DNA of 64,000 bases from Octopus sinensis. Taxonomy: Eukaryota. The stretch's first letter is position 1. Each line of letters begins with the position of its first letter. Below the pieces are notes generated by a model. The model ran no database searches. It saw only the letters and a list, made by a program, of their open reading frames with translations, and had not been told where the DNA came from. Where the stretch lies: the NCBI RefSeq assembly GCF_006345805.1, contig NC_043003.1, positions 106,206,001 through 106,270,000 on the forward strand, read 5' to 3'. The translations under genes were made by a program, and so were the position numbers. Shown piece by piece: positions 1 through 12,777 of the stretch.

Positions 1-895
1 ACTTCATTCCATGTATTTTGGATAAATAAACTTGGAAATGTGTAAAAAACACAAAACTTAAAAACCTTATTATCGATAGTGATGTATTAGTCTGAAAATC
101 CACAAACGATCTTAATATCAAATGTGATCTTCAAATTTATTTGTAAAAGTGGCAACTGGAAACTTCACAACTGTTACATTGGCCATATAATCACACTTTC
201 TTGCTGATTAACCGTGCGTTTACAACAAGGAGCTATTTCAGTGTGTTACATCACACAACATAAAGCAAAATTTGATATAACATACAGAATTCTCCAGAAA
301 ATTAAATGATTAATGATGGAAATGATTAATAGCACAACAAAATACTAACGTATCTTATTCTTCTTCTACAAAATGGCAACACCAACCACTTCAAAGAGAT
401 TAGGCTACCATAAATCCTCAAGTATAGTCCACCCTTGAGTATAATACATTTGACCCTTCTGCCCAATCTTTTGGAAACAACTTCTCAGTCTGGGTCAGAC
501 AGGTTATCCTGCTGATGACCTCTTCCCAGTTTCTAAATACCTGGCAGTCCAATCTGAACCCCATAAACACACCAGCACCTTAACTGGTAGCTTTACCTGC
601 TACAAATGGATCCAAATCTCCCTTAAATATCACCCTACTAAAAGTAGGAAGAATACTTTGGACAATATAGTTTTAGATATTTATATACTTTAACTGAAGA
701 AAAAAAAAAGATAAGATGGATTGGTCACAACTGGAATGCCTTTTATCATTAGTCAATCTGATCAAGACTGATGTTGGATTAAACAACAACTACTGCAACT
801 AGACATTACACACATTCCAAGCTGGATTGGACGGCAGAAGTTTCTCATCTCACAGATATAAATTGGTGTGATATACGAAGGTGCTACGGCAGAAC

Positions 896-1298
896 TCTCT
901 CTCTTTTACTCATTTACTTGTTTCAGTCATTTGACTGTGGCCATGCTGGAGCACCGCCTTTAGTCGAGCAAATCGACCCCGGGACTTATTCTTTGTAAGC
1001 CCAGTACTTATTCTATCGGTCTCTTTTGCCGAACCGCTAAGTGACGTGGACGTAAACACACCAGCATTGTCAAGCAATGCTACGGGGACAAACACAGACA
1101 CACAAACACACACACATATATATATACATATATACGACAGGCTTCTTTCAGTTTCCGTCTACCAAATCCACTCACAAGGCTTTGGTCGGCCCGGGGCTAT
1201 AGCAGAAGACACTTGCCCAAGATGCAACGCAGTGGGACTGAACCCAGAACCATGTGGTTGGTTAGCAAGCTACTTACCATACAGCCACTCCTGCGCCT
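896..1298 (-). mobile_element. SINE family A, full length (tRNA head, CORE-like segment, microsatellite, tail)
   Basis: A box tggctgtatgg, B box ggttcagtcc, CORE-like ttgggcaagtgtctt, central (TA)n(TG)n, tail gactgaaacaagtaaa. Confidence 0.9.
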
Positions 1299-1379
1299 GA
1301 TTCAATATTTTTTATTGCATATGTGAAGTTATAAACCCTTAATTTGCAACCAAGTGGCATGCTGGGGAAAATTAAATTA

Positions 1380-1562
<183 letters not shown>

Positions 1563-1726
1563 TTATGATGTATCTACACAGATTAGAGAGTGACAAAGAC
1601 AATATTGCTTATAGAGAGAATTATAAAGAAGGGTGGTTCTAGGAGATGATCAAATAAGCTGAGTGAGATTAATTTATAACACAGCTGGATGCTGAGAACA
1701 GGAAATGAATAGAAATTCATCATCAT

Positions 1727-1920
1727 TAGGTGTCATCTGCTCCCAGCAGGTTCAATATCAAGTATCTCCATTTGGGTCTTTTCCTTGCCATTCTTAGGCA
1801 TTCACCATGGGATGGTTTAATCCAGTCCTTGATGTTAGGAAACCAGTTTGTTTGAGGTCTTCCTCTCAAGCATTTGCCATAATTCTTTCATTAACCATGG
1901 TGTGCTAGAATATTCTACAC
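1727..1920 (-). mobile_element. Degenerate RTE-like LINE 3' fragment
   Basis: RGRPQTNWFPNIKDWI in the reverse frame; (GAT)n-like tail at left. Confidence 0.6.
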
Positions 1921-2834
1921 GATAATACCAGTGAAGGGAGAGAGAAATCCAAATAGGATTGATTAGTGTCAACATATGCTGTATATGTCAGGTGTAAAGT
2001 TGTTGGCAGTTAGGATTTCACTGACAAAATTTGGACAACTAAAGAAGACGATTAAGTGGGATTTCATTTCTGTACTTAATTATGGAATAAGGATTAGGGA
2101 ACAGAAGAAGGTATTTGCATTTTATGTCTAAATTCCGCCCTATTATACACACATACACATATTTGTCCTGGGTATGACTTTAAACTGCATCCGGTGGTGG
2201 GGCCCTGGTTTGGGAGTTCCAGGGTTCTGAGGAATGTGGAGCCACCTCTAAGCCAGTGTTGTTCACAGGTCTACTCTGACATGGAATAATAGCTCCTATC
2301 AGGATTCCAACATGTTATGGAATCGCCTCCAGGAGAAGGTTGCTCAGAGACAGTCCAATAAGCCCAGAACAGATGAGGCCCTTGAGTTCCTTAGCTGCTC
2401 ATGTAAGAGAAGGTAACGCCATACAAATCCTGCATCCTGACATCTACTGGGCTTGTGGTACTTATTGCACCAGACCAATACAAGTTTGAAGGACGAGACT
2501 GATTCTGCCCACTTTAATGATATTCATTCATTGAGCAAGTTTCTCAGCAAATCAAATTACCAACAACCCACTTTTGGAAGTCAAAGGGCAACCGAGAAAG
2601 AGGTGATGGAGTCAGGAAGAAGATGTTACTGGAAGTTCCCAGCTTTGATCCTGCATACAGGCAGCCAGAGGGTGATGGTCCACATTTTCCACAGACCAAA
2701 AACAGATGTAGATTTTGTACATGACAAAACGAAACATTGACCTAGCCACATTGTGCAGTAGTGTCTTGCTGAACCCTCATTTGTTAAAGCAATGAGAGAG
2801 TAACACACACACATGGCCTCTAATAATCTTTCTC

Positions 2835-3140
2835 TCCTTCTTATAATAATAATAATAAAAACATTGTGTACAGCGCTCAGGTGCACTACAACTCATCTAA
2901 AGTGTATGTATAATTAGGTGTAGTTTCGGCGGATTTCAGAAAGCATGAGGGCCTTAAAGGATGCAGTGTCATGGCAGTCAACAACTGACGCAGGCAGTTT
3001 GTTCCATGCTTCAGCAACTCTGAGCGTGAAAAAATGTTTCCGAAAGTCATGGGAGCTGTGTTGTTTTCTGACTTTGTAGGCATGTCCACGTGTGTTAGAC
3101 ATATGAAGATCAATTCTTGGAATTGTTCTTCAGTTTCTTT
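2835..3140 (-). mobile_element. CR1-clade LINE 3' end
   Basis: NTRGHAYK..RKHFFTLRVAEAWNKLP..FK motif, short 3' UTR, (TTA)n tail. Confidence 0.88.
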
Positions 3141-3578
3141 CTATGAATAAATATTGCTTATGAACTCACTGACTTACATAGGTAAACCTTATCAGACTGA
3201 GCTGTAGTGTGCCAGCAGATTTATTAGGAACTACTCAGGGAAACGATAAGACTTAGTGTGATGATTAAAGCAGTTGAATTCAACAATGAAAATATTCAGC
3301 TTGCACAGACATGTCTAACAGGCTGTAATTAGGCTAATGGTCCTTCGTAGATTTTTAAAAACAGACTTTGTTGACATATACTCAAAATTAGTTATTTAAT
3401 TAATTAAATATTTAGGTTTAATTCATTAAAATAATCCTTTACATTTAACATTAAATTGAAATAACCTGAAACAAAAAACGTCCTTGAAGCTATACATGTG
3501 AAAGTAATTTCCAAAAGTGTTTTTAAAATCAAAAAAACAAAAACAAAAAAGAATATAAAAGCATATCATGTGACTTAC

Positions 3579-3701
3579 TGAGGGAATCAGTTGGTAAGCA
3601 ACAAAACTTTTTAATCCCTTCAATTTACTTTCTTTCTTTGGATCCCTCAATTCACATGTGTATTCTGATTTCATTTCCCATTCAGGACCATACATACCAT
3701 T
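3579..3701 (-). CDS. SH3PX1: Sorting nexin PX exon 1 (NGMYGPEWEMKSEYTCELRDPKKESKLKGLKSFVAYQLIPS)
   Basis: 123 nt, phase 0-0; ttttacag acceptor, gtaagt donor; DPKKESKxKGxKSFxAYQL is characteristic of the SNX9/18/33 PX domain. Confidence 0.96.
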
Positions 3702-4460
3702 CTGTAAAATTAGAAATAAAACCACAAAATGTTGGAACGCAATTCAATAGAATTAGTAATGGTAAGTTTTCATGATCTCTAATTCATTCTGTCCAACACA
3801 TGCAGTAAAAGAAATGCAACATGTTAGTAAAAGAAAGTGGGCAGGGGTCAGTTTTATACTGATACATGAAACTGGTGTCCTTGAGGAAAAAAATTAACCT
3901 TTTAGCATTCAGATTATTTTCTCAAATGTAATTGTTACTTATTCACATTATTTTAAACCAATCATGTAATTATTTTGTAGCTTTGAGGAGGTAACTTAAT
4001 TTTTAGAATGATATTGTAGGTTGGTGTAAGAGACCAGATCTGACCAGTTTCAACATTAAACACCTGGAATATTTAGCCCAGATATGCTAAATGGTGATAA
4101 TATAGCTACCCATTTAGTGATGCACCTGTAGTTCAAGTCTCATCAATGTCCTGTCACAATTTAAGTCTGTATTTATAATATCAAATATAATTTTCATTAA
4201 AACTTCACAAAAATAATACAGGAATCACATTGAGGTCTTTATACAAAATGTGGCATTTTACTTCCTAGGTTTCCTCAGGTGTTTTACTTAAGCCAATCAA
4301 AGACCAATAACCTCTCAACCATTTTTTGCTTTATAAACAGAAATAAAAGTTGTTTCTCTTCCTATGTTCACAGTCAGCTCCTGACGGGTATTTCATGGCA
4401 CCCCAACAATTCCACAAAATGACAATTCTGCACAAGGACAAGTCAGTGCATCGTGTTTAT

Positions 4461-4752
4461 TTTTTATTTATTTATGCGCCCTTTTCAAGCCTAGGCAGAC
4501 TCATGGGCCCGGTTTCTATACATGTTCCCCCCAGGTGGACGGGACGCCAGTCCATCACAGCGTTACTCAAGAAACAGAAAGAAAGAGTGAGAGAAAGTTG
4601 GGGTGAAAGAGTACAACAGGGGTTGCCACCACCCCCAGCCAGAGCTTTAGGTGTTTTCGCTCAATAAACACACACAACGCCCGGTCTGGGAATCGAAACC
4701 ATGATCCTCCAACCGCGAGTCCGCTGCCCTAACCCCTGGGCCATTGCGCCTC
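4461..4752 (-). mobile_element. SINE family D (gaggcgcaatggcccag head) with TSD
   Basis: A and B boxes; flanks gtgtttat at 4453-4460 and 4753-4760. Confidence 0.85.
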
Positions 4753-4939
4753 GTGTTTATGTGTAAATGAAATTTAATTTCATTTATTTTGTTTTCAAAT
4801 TTTCTAAACTTTTCAACTTTGTCGTTACAAACTTGTTGCTATCTCAATAACCACTGAAGAAGTTTTAGTTTTTAAAATGTTGATAGTAAAAGATACCAGC
4901 AAATGAGTGGTAATGTTTTAGATTGTTAACACTAACAAC

Positions 4940-5292
4940 ATCATCATCATCATCATCGTTTAACGTCCGCTTTCCATGCTAGCATGGGTTGGATGGTTCA
5001 ACTGGGGTCTGGGAAGCCTGAAGGCTGCACCAGGCCAGTCAGATCTGGCAGTGTTTCTACAGCTTGAGGCCCTTCCTAACGCCAACCACTCCGTGAGTGT
5101 AGTGGGTGCTTTTTATGTGCCACCGACACAGGTGCCAGACGAGGCAGGCAAACGGCCATGTTCGGATGGTGTTTTTTATGTGCCACCGACACAGGTGCCA
5201 GATGAGGCTGGCGAACAGCCACGCTCGGATGGTGTTTTTTATGTGCCACCGACAGAGGTGCCAGACGAGGCTGGCGAATGGCCACGCTTGGA
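4940..5292 (-). mobile_element. 5'-truncated RTE 3'-UTR copy with 3 tandem units
   Basis: (CAT)n at left, gctggatgcccttcctaacgccaacc-type core, units of about 61 bp at 5101-5290. Confidence 0.85.
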
Positions 5293-5625
5293 TTGCAGTA
5301 AATGGTAGCGTTTTCAATTGTTAATGATCCAAAAACCTTTATTTGCTGTTTATACAAGTATACCATTTCATTACTGGTGCATCTAACGATGTCCTGCCAA
5401 GAATGATCCAAGATAAAATAAATTAAATTAAATTTCATATACACATAAACACAATCAACTGAATTGTCTTTGTACAGAATTGCTACACACAGAATTGTCA
5501 GCACTGAATTGCCACATGTAGAATTGTTGGTTCATGGTTTTTCACAGAATGCTGGAAACAAACAATATCACTTTTATGACAGTGATGCTCATTTACAAGA
5601 CAATGGTACACACACACACACATAA

Positions 5626-5905
5626 CTAGCAAACGACCCCCACCTCACTGTCCATTGGACGGTTTGTATAAGTGAAGAGGGTTAACTTGGATGGTGTAAT
5701 GGAAGTTTTGATCATCTGAACAGGCCATAAGGATTACAAAAATAGTGATTCTCACTTTGAAACTGACAATTTTGAAAATCCTTTTAGATTACGGAATGCC
5801 TCGCTCTCTCATGTATCCAGGTTTAAAAGTTCAGCATGATCGAATGAACAATACTTGAGATATAAGTGCACAAACAGACAGACAGAACAGTATTTATATA
5901 TTAGA
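5626..5905 (-). mobile_element. Non-autonomous Helitron, second family, inside a degenerate SINE microsatellite
   Basis: A|TCTAATATAT..(TCTG)n 5' end, GCTAG|T 3' end; SINE halves at about 5535-5625 and 5906-5945. Confidence 0.7.
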
Positions 5906-6599
5906 TATAGCCTGGAATTATAGTAGAAAACACTTGCCCATGGTGCTGTTAGTAATACATCTTCTAACTCTGAACCTGTGAAGACCAGGAGAGAGGAAAA
6001 TCCCTCACTTGCAAAACAAATTGGGGTTAGTTAACATGAAGGGCATGGGGTCCTAAAATACTACCTCAGTTAACCTTCACCTAACCCATGCTAGCACAAA
6101 AAAGCAGACATAAAACAACTGAATGATTTATAAAACTATACTTTCCATTTATGTGCAAGTTGTAAACAATTTGTAGCTGTTTAGTTCCTATGTCAACCCA
6201 GATCAAACACACCCATGACCAAAGACATACCATCTTTATCCCAGTCGCAATGCACTCTGGATACAGGACCTAATCATCTAACATGTCCTTTTCTAGAATG
6301 GTCTGGTGTACTTTTAGAGAGATTTGGCTGCTATTTCTGGCAGGTTAAGCAATCAAGGGATACTCTCATTAGATCGGTTGTAAATAGATATAGTGAGAAT
6401 GTAGACACTTCAGACTTGCTAATTAAAAGTTCCTCATGAGGAAAAACACCTATCAAAACAATACACTTGAAACATGGGGCAAAGATTTTTAAAAAAACTA
6501 AAGATATGGAAAAAAAAATGTTTAATTAATGAAATTAGAACATATACTAGAGATACCTATGACAGCACCATCAAAATATAATAATAACAATGCAAAGAC

Positions 6600-7045
6600 C
6601 CTATGTAACTTTATGATTCAGTGCGACCATGAGATAGAGAATAAGAAACCAGACGTATTGTTAATTGAGAAAGAAAGCAAATGATGCTGGATCATAAGAT
6701 ATAGCATGCCCAGCTGACAACAAGGTATGTGATAAGGAAGAAAGAAAAGTGGATAGATATGACAGGTTAGCTTGGGAGGTTAAGCAGTTGTGGTCACTGA
6801 AAAAGGTGGTAGTAGTACCAATAATTGTTGGAGCTCTGGGAACAGTAAGCAAAAATCTCAAGATGTACATGGAACAAATAGGGGCTGCAATAAGGGTGGA
6901 GCACTTGCAGAAAACAGCACTGCTTGGAAACGCTTGAATACTCCGGATGGTGCTCGAAAAATAAGAGGTGTTACCTTAGTTCACGATTAGGGAACAGTAG
7001 ACACTGTAGTACATCTCCAGGGTTAGAAGCGGTCCAAGGACAATA
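6600..7045 (+). mobile_element. R4/Dong-like non-LTR 3' fragment (restriction-like endonuclease), copy 1
   Basis: KPDVLL..WIIDIACP..K..YDRLAWEVKQLW..VVPIIVGALG; (AAT)n on both flanks. Confidence 0.8.
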
Positions 7046-7309
7046 AAATAATAATAGTAATCCTTTCTATTATAGGCATAAGGCCTAAAATTCAGAGGAA
7101 GAGAGCTACTTGATTACATCAACCCCCAGTTCTCAACTGATTCTTATTTCATTGACCCCAAAAGGATGGAACGCAAAGTTAACCTCAGCAGCATCTGAAC
7201 TCAGAACACAAAGACAAACAAAATGCCAGTTAGCATTTTGCCCAATATGCCAGAGATTCTATCTACAAAATTAAATCCCATGATAAGTGGTACAGGCACC
7301 ATCCAGGGG

Positions 7310-7800
7310 ATGTAGTAAATGGCAAGGGCATCACCATTCTCTGGAACTTCCCAATACAAACAGACAGAAAAATTGACCTCAATTGACCAGACATTGTGAT
7401 CAAGGACTACAATAGATGAACTTGTCTTGTAACAGATATGTCTGTCCCACAAAATTAAAATGTCTCAAGAAAGGAATACGAAAGCTTTCTCACTATAAAT
7501 ATCTGCAGATTGAAATCACAAAAATGTGGAAGTTTAGTACTACGATAATACCAGTAGTAACTGGTGCATTGGGAATGGAAAAGAAGGGAGCTGAGGAGTA
7601 TATTAAACAACGCCCTGGTAACTCCCATCTCCGTGAACTACAAAAGATAACCTTGATCGGTGCAGCCCATATACAACGGAAAGCACTCTCCAACTAAAAT
7701 AAATGTGGTGATAATTTTAGCATGCGTAGCAAGACAAAGGTGCCCTTGCTACTCTTGGCCCCTGGAGGATGTCCGGTACTAAGGCAGCTGAAATGAAGCT
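7310..7800 (+). mobile_element. R4/Dong-like RLE fragment, copy 2
   Basis: ILWNFPIQTDRKI..PDIVI..YKYLQIEITKMW..IPVVTGALG..ELQKITLIG, with frameshifts. Confidence 0.8.
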
Positions 7801-7844
7801 ATAATGAAAGGAAGCCATAATAATAATAATAATGGCATAAACAT

Positions 7845-8150
7845 GAGCCAGAGGCTATGGTAGAGAGTAATAATTGCAGGATTTTATGGGATTTCCCCAT
7901 AAAGACTGACCATACAATTGACGCTACAGGACCAGATATGATTATAGGGAACAAAAAAAAAAGATGTGTAAGATTACAGACATTTCCATATGATAACAGG
8001 AAAGATACCAAAGAAATTTAGAAAAACCGAGAAATATCAGGACATAGCCAATGAGATGAAGAGATTCTGGAAGGCTAAGATGAGAATTGTTCCTGCAGTA
8101 ATTGGTGCACTCAGCACATCAAAATCTTTGCTAAATAATAAAGCAGGTAA
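7845..8150 (+). mobile_element. R4/Dong-like RLE fragment, copy 3
   Basis: ILWDFPIKTD..PDMII..EKYQDIANEMKRFWK..IVPAVIGAL; preceded by (TAA)n. Confidence 0.8.
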
Positions 8151-8386
8151 TAGCTTTGATAATAATGATAATTCTTTCTGTTATAAGCACAAAGCCTGGA
8201 ATTTTGGAGAAATGGTTAACCAATTACATCAACTCCATCACTTGACTGGTGCTATATTCTATTGATCCTGAAAGGAAGAATGGCAAAGTTGATCATGGCA
8301 AAATTTGAACTCTGTAAAGAGCGAGAGGAGATGCCACTAAGCATTTTGTCCAAAATGCTAATGATTCTGCCAGTTCGTCACCTTAA

Positions 8387-8608
8387 CCCTTTTGTTACCA
8401 TATTTCTGTTGAGATTCTTTGTGCGTCTTTCAGTTAATTTTAAACATAACAAAGAATTTAGTAAAATAACTTCGTTATCATTAAGCTAGTGTTCGGAATA
8501 TTAATTGTGACTAAGGTTTGGTGGAAGATTTTAGTTCAAAACTTATGAAAACAAAACATTTGTACTACAAAGCCAAAGTCGGTTTCAACCAGGTTGGTAA
8601 CGAAAGGG
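8387..8608. mobile_element. piggyBac-type MITE
   Basis: TTAA|ccctttt-gttacc ... ggtaacgaaaggg|TTAT inverted termini. Confidence 0.8.
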
Positions 8609-8667
8609 TTATGATAATCATGTCTACTATAGACACAAGGCCAGAAATTTTTGAGGAGGGCCAAGTT

Positions 8668-9003
8668 CAGTGGTTCTCAAATGGGGTCCACATAGACCCT
8701 GAGAGTCCACATCAGATTTTTGGGCTCCATACAGCAAAACAGTAAATTGGGAATCCACAATAATATTTTAAGGGCCACTGAAAAATATTTGCTTTAGACA
8801 TATGTATTGGTATGTAATGCAAGGAACAGATTTCTTTCTCTGACATTTTACATAATTCAACTTTCACAAATTAATGCGTGAAAACATTAATGAATAACAT
8901 TCTATGAAAGTAGTTCTTAAACAATGAATGGCTACGGGGGTCCACCAGAATAAAATCACAATCAAAGGGGGTCCATAGATAAAAATTGGTTGAGAACCCC
9001 CTG
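8668..9003. mobile_element. hAT/Charlie-type MITE
   Basis: cagtggttctcaa ... ttgagaacccctg TIRs; 8-bp flanks gccaagtt and gtctagtt. Confidence 0.8.
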
Positions 9004-9124
9004 GTCTAGTTGGTTGCATCAACCCCCAGTTCTTCACTGGTACTTGTTTTATCAACCATAAAACATCAAAATACAAATTGATCTCAACAGAAATTGAACC
9101 TCAAACAATAATAAAGATATTTAC

Positions 9125-9215
9125 AATGATTTTTACGCAGTCACTATCATGAACTGCACAAGTCACTGTACCCATCAAGAAGGATTCACCTCCACTCCGA
9201 GAAAACTGCGAAAAT
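9125..9215 (-). CDS. SH3PX1: Sorting nexin pre-PX exon (R-FSQFSRSGGESFLMGTVTCAVHDSDCVKII)
   Basis: 91 nt, phase 2-0; ttctttttcag acceptor, gtaaat donor; matches the family RFSxFxxSGGExF/YxxG motif. Confidence 0.93.
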
Positions 9216-10530
9216 CTGAAAAAGAAAAAAGGGCAATAAAAAATTAGATGAATTTAGGAAGTGAAATGAAGGCTGCACTAAAACAAGAAGGATAACAACC
9301 AGAACAAATGTTTTACAATATTAAATATTGTACCTATTTTTTGAGTAAACAAATGTTTTGGGTTGATAAGTGTGAACTGAGGTTGATTCAAGCAATTATG
9401 CATCTATGCCCAGTTTGTGTTTATTTAATGCAAAGAGCATAAGAAATAATTCATATGTCCAGCTAAGAGCAATATTAGTCAATGACTAATATTATTTTGA
9501 GTCATTCAGAAAGTATGGGAGTTAACTCTGGATGTGTTTTGCTCTTATTAAACCTTCTCAGTATATTTGCTGAAGATGAGATAATTACTAAGTAAATGTA
9601 AAGTAGTGTGTACTTGTGAGCATAGATATCATGTCAGAAGAAAATGATCTGCTCTGATAACCATGTAAACCAGCACAGTCTGCTTTTTGGTTCTAGGGTA
9701 TTGTCTAGTACATGGAAGATGAAAGGGTCACTGATAGGACAAAAATATCTGTTTACAAGGGCTGATAAATTCTGCAGAGAGTAGATGGACATCCATAAAA
9801 CCTACAAATGGAATGGGGTACCCATCAAAGCTTTTGAAAACTGTCGTGCCAACCCCTGCACATTGTTATCTTTCCTCTGGCCTAGGAAAGCCACTTGATA
9901 AATGAGAGGATGAGCCCGGATGGTTTAAATTAATCCTGGCCAGGATTATCATTGTGGTGATGTTGCTACTGTAGCATTGCTAGAAATAATGGATGCCAGC
10001 CATTCATTCATTCTTGAACTGAGTAGAAATCATCATCATTTAATATCCACTTTTCTATGCTTGCATGGGTCAGATGGAATTTACTGAAGTAGATTTTTCT
10101 ACGTTTGGATGCCCTTCCTGTCACCAACCATCACCTGTTTTCAAGCAATTTCTCATGGTTAGACATCTTTTTCATGGAAGAACAAAAACAAACAATATTA
10201 GTTGTATGATAAAGATGCTTATCTACAACCATCACATGATATCAAGGCAAGGATGTACACACACACACACACAACAGAAAGATCCGGAAAATATTAAATA
10301 CTATTCTTAAACATTATCTGCATGAAAAAAACAAACTATCGGTAAATGAGTGTTGACATAATTAATGCAGAAAGCTAAGAAAAAAAATTAAGTCATTGAC
10401 TGATATTGTTCTGAGCAAAACTGTGTCATCTCCATCTTTATTGAAGGGGCAAGGATGAAACAATGTTTCTATGTTGATTTGGAGGATCATAAAAATGGCT
10501 GGGGTCTCACTTATGAGTTAAGATCTTTCT

Positions 10531-10917
10531 CTCTATTTACTTGTTTCAGTCAATTTGACTGCGGCCATGCTGGTGCACCGCCTTTAATCGAGCAACTCAA
10601 CATCAGGACTTATTCTTTGTAAGCCCAGTACTTATTCTATCAGTCTCTTTTGCCGAACCGTTAAGTGACGGGGACATAAACACACCAGCATCGGTTGTCA
10701 AGCAATGCTAGGGGGACAAACACAGACACACAAACATACACGCACATACATATATACGGGCTTCTTTCAGTTTTCGTCTACCAAATCCACTCACAAGGCT
10801 TTGGTTGGCCCAAGGCTATAGTAGAAGACACTTGCCCAGGGTGCCACGCAGTGGGACTGAACCCGGAACCATGTGGTTGGTAAACAAGCTACTTGCCACA
10901 CAGCCACCCCTGCGCCT
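10531..10917 (-). mobile_element. SINE family A, full length
   Basis: Matches 896-1298. Confidence 0.9.
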
Positions 10918-11770
10918 ATATATCTTTTCCTTCTGGAATCTGTTAAATAACAACTACCAGTAATACACTGGAACAGACTTTTTTAATTACATCCCAACAA
11001 ACCTCCTACAACACTAAAACCAAGCACAAAATACTTTCATAAGAAATAAGTATTTTCTTTTCTGAAAGTAATTAAGAATCAACACATTTGTTAGTCTTAT
11101 ATTAAGACTAATCTGTCGAGAATAATCACACAGCAGGTTACATTTAAGGTCTGATAGAAACTAGAGAAATCGATTCAAAATTTTTATATTTTGTATAATT
11201 CAGAAAGAACTCAATTGTGATATGACATTGTGGATAGGTGGATAGAATGTGCTTGTGTCTAACATGTAGATTAAAATGAGCATGTAGACAAGTTCACAAA
11301 ATGCAACTCTGATAATCTTCTCAAATTTTGCTTATACTTGCTCAAGGCAAGAACAAGAAGTAAAAGTACAGCAGTAGTGAGCTTTTGTGTCTAACCATTT
11401 CACTTCATAAAGCCATTTCATTTTGCTTTTATCCTTGACACTCTTGTGAAAATAACGATCCTCATACAATTTTATTTGCATCCCCCATCTTTCAAATTGA
11501 AAACCTTGTGTGCATAAAAGAAATCAATGGTCATCATAATATATCACAGGATACAGAATTGGTAGCATTGTAAAATGTGGTTCGTTAGTGTTCTACTAAA
11601 AGCCATGCAGTTGTTACAGGGTGAAGAATTGAGTTGTGGTGCCATATGTCTTGAGTGCTTTGTTGCAATGGGACAGAATATATGCACATTATGGAGTGCT
11701 GGCTGCTTTTGCTTTTTAACAAGAAATAAAGGTGACGGCATTGGTGGCAGAGTGCGTTTCCTCATCTTAC

Positions 11771-11920
11771 ATGACTGAGTCTCTTGATGCTTGAGAGACA
11801 GACGATGGTGTACGTTTAACTGGGCCACGAGATAAACTGCTTCGGAATGCTGGAGATTCGTTTGGAATGTCTGCTGTACACATTGGGAATATTTTGGACA
11901 TGGGCCAAAATGCTAAACTA
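11771..11920 (-). CDS. SH3PX1: Candidate alternative cassette exon of the sorting nexin (SLAFWPMSKIFPMCTADIPNESPAFRSSLSRGPVKRTPSSVSQASRDSV)
   Basis: 150 nt, phase 2-2, open in the required frame; attctttttcag acceptor after an AG-free pyrimidine-rich tract of about 120 nt; gtaaga donor; non-repetitive. No homology support. Confidence 0.5.
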
Positions 11921-12390
11921 CTGAAAAAGAATAGGGTTAAAAATAGGAAGAAGAAAAAAAGGAATGAAGAATAAAAATAGGAAGAATGAATAGAAAGCAA
12001 GATTAGGTTACAATGAAAAAAAATTCAAGAAAAAAATAAGTCACTGGAGGGTGATTGAAATGTTTGTTTCTTGGATAAATCAACGAATGATAGAGAATGG
12101 AGTCAAGTTTGCCATATAAAACAGGATTTCAAAGTTTCAAATATTAAAGACAAAGAAAGAAAGTAGAAAAAAAAAATAGAACCTAAGAAATTAATGTTGA
12201 TCCCTATCAGGAAGAACTAGAATTGCTTCCTGTGTTAATGAATATAAAGTCCAATAATAACCATTTGTTATAATTAAACAGAAAGAATTGGAAGAACCCA
12301 GAGATAATTCTCACACAGAATAGTTCCATTTGTAGCAGAGGAGATGTTATGCAAAATACATTGCTTTAGGAAATGCAAATAAGTGCAAAC

Positions 12391-12777
12391 TCTTTTATTC
12401 TTTTACTTGATTCAGTCATCTGACTGCGGTCATGCTGGAGCACTGCCTTCAGTCGAACAAATCAACCCCAGAGCTTATTCTTTGTAAGCCTGGTACTTAT
12501 TCTATCAGTCACTTTTGCCAAACCACTAAGTTACGGGGATGTAAACACACCAGCATCAGTTCTCACAGACACACAAACATATACGCACACACATACATAT
12601 ATATATATATATACGATGGGCTTCTTCCAGTTTCCATCAACCAAATCCACTCACAAGGCTTTAGTCGGCCCGAGGCTATAGTAGAAGACATTTGCCCAAG
12701 GTGCCACGCAGTGGGACCGAGCCTGGGACCATGTGGTTGGTAAGCAAGCTACTTACCACACATCCAATCCTGCGCCT
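12391..12777 (-). mobile_element. SINE family A
   Basis: Matches 896-1298 with a central deletion. Confidence 0.85.

Noticed and set aside
1240-1298. tRNA genes at SINE heads
   Set aside because: A and B boxes are present but there is no complete cloverleaf, and each head runs into a SINE body.
5101-5290. CRISPR-like repeat-spacer appearance of the 60-bp arrays
   Set aside because: The apparent spacers are homologous to each other, the array lies in a LINE 3' UTR, and there are no cas genes in this eukaryotic DNA.
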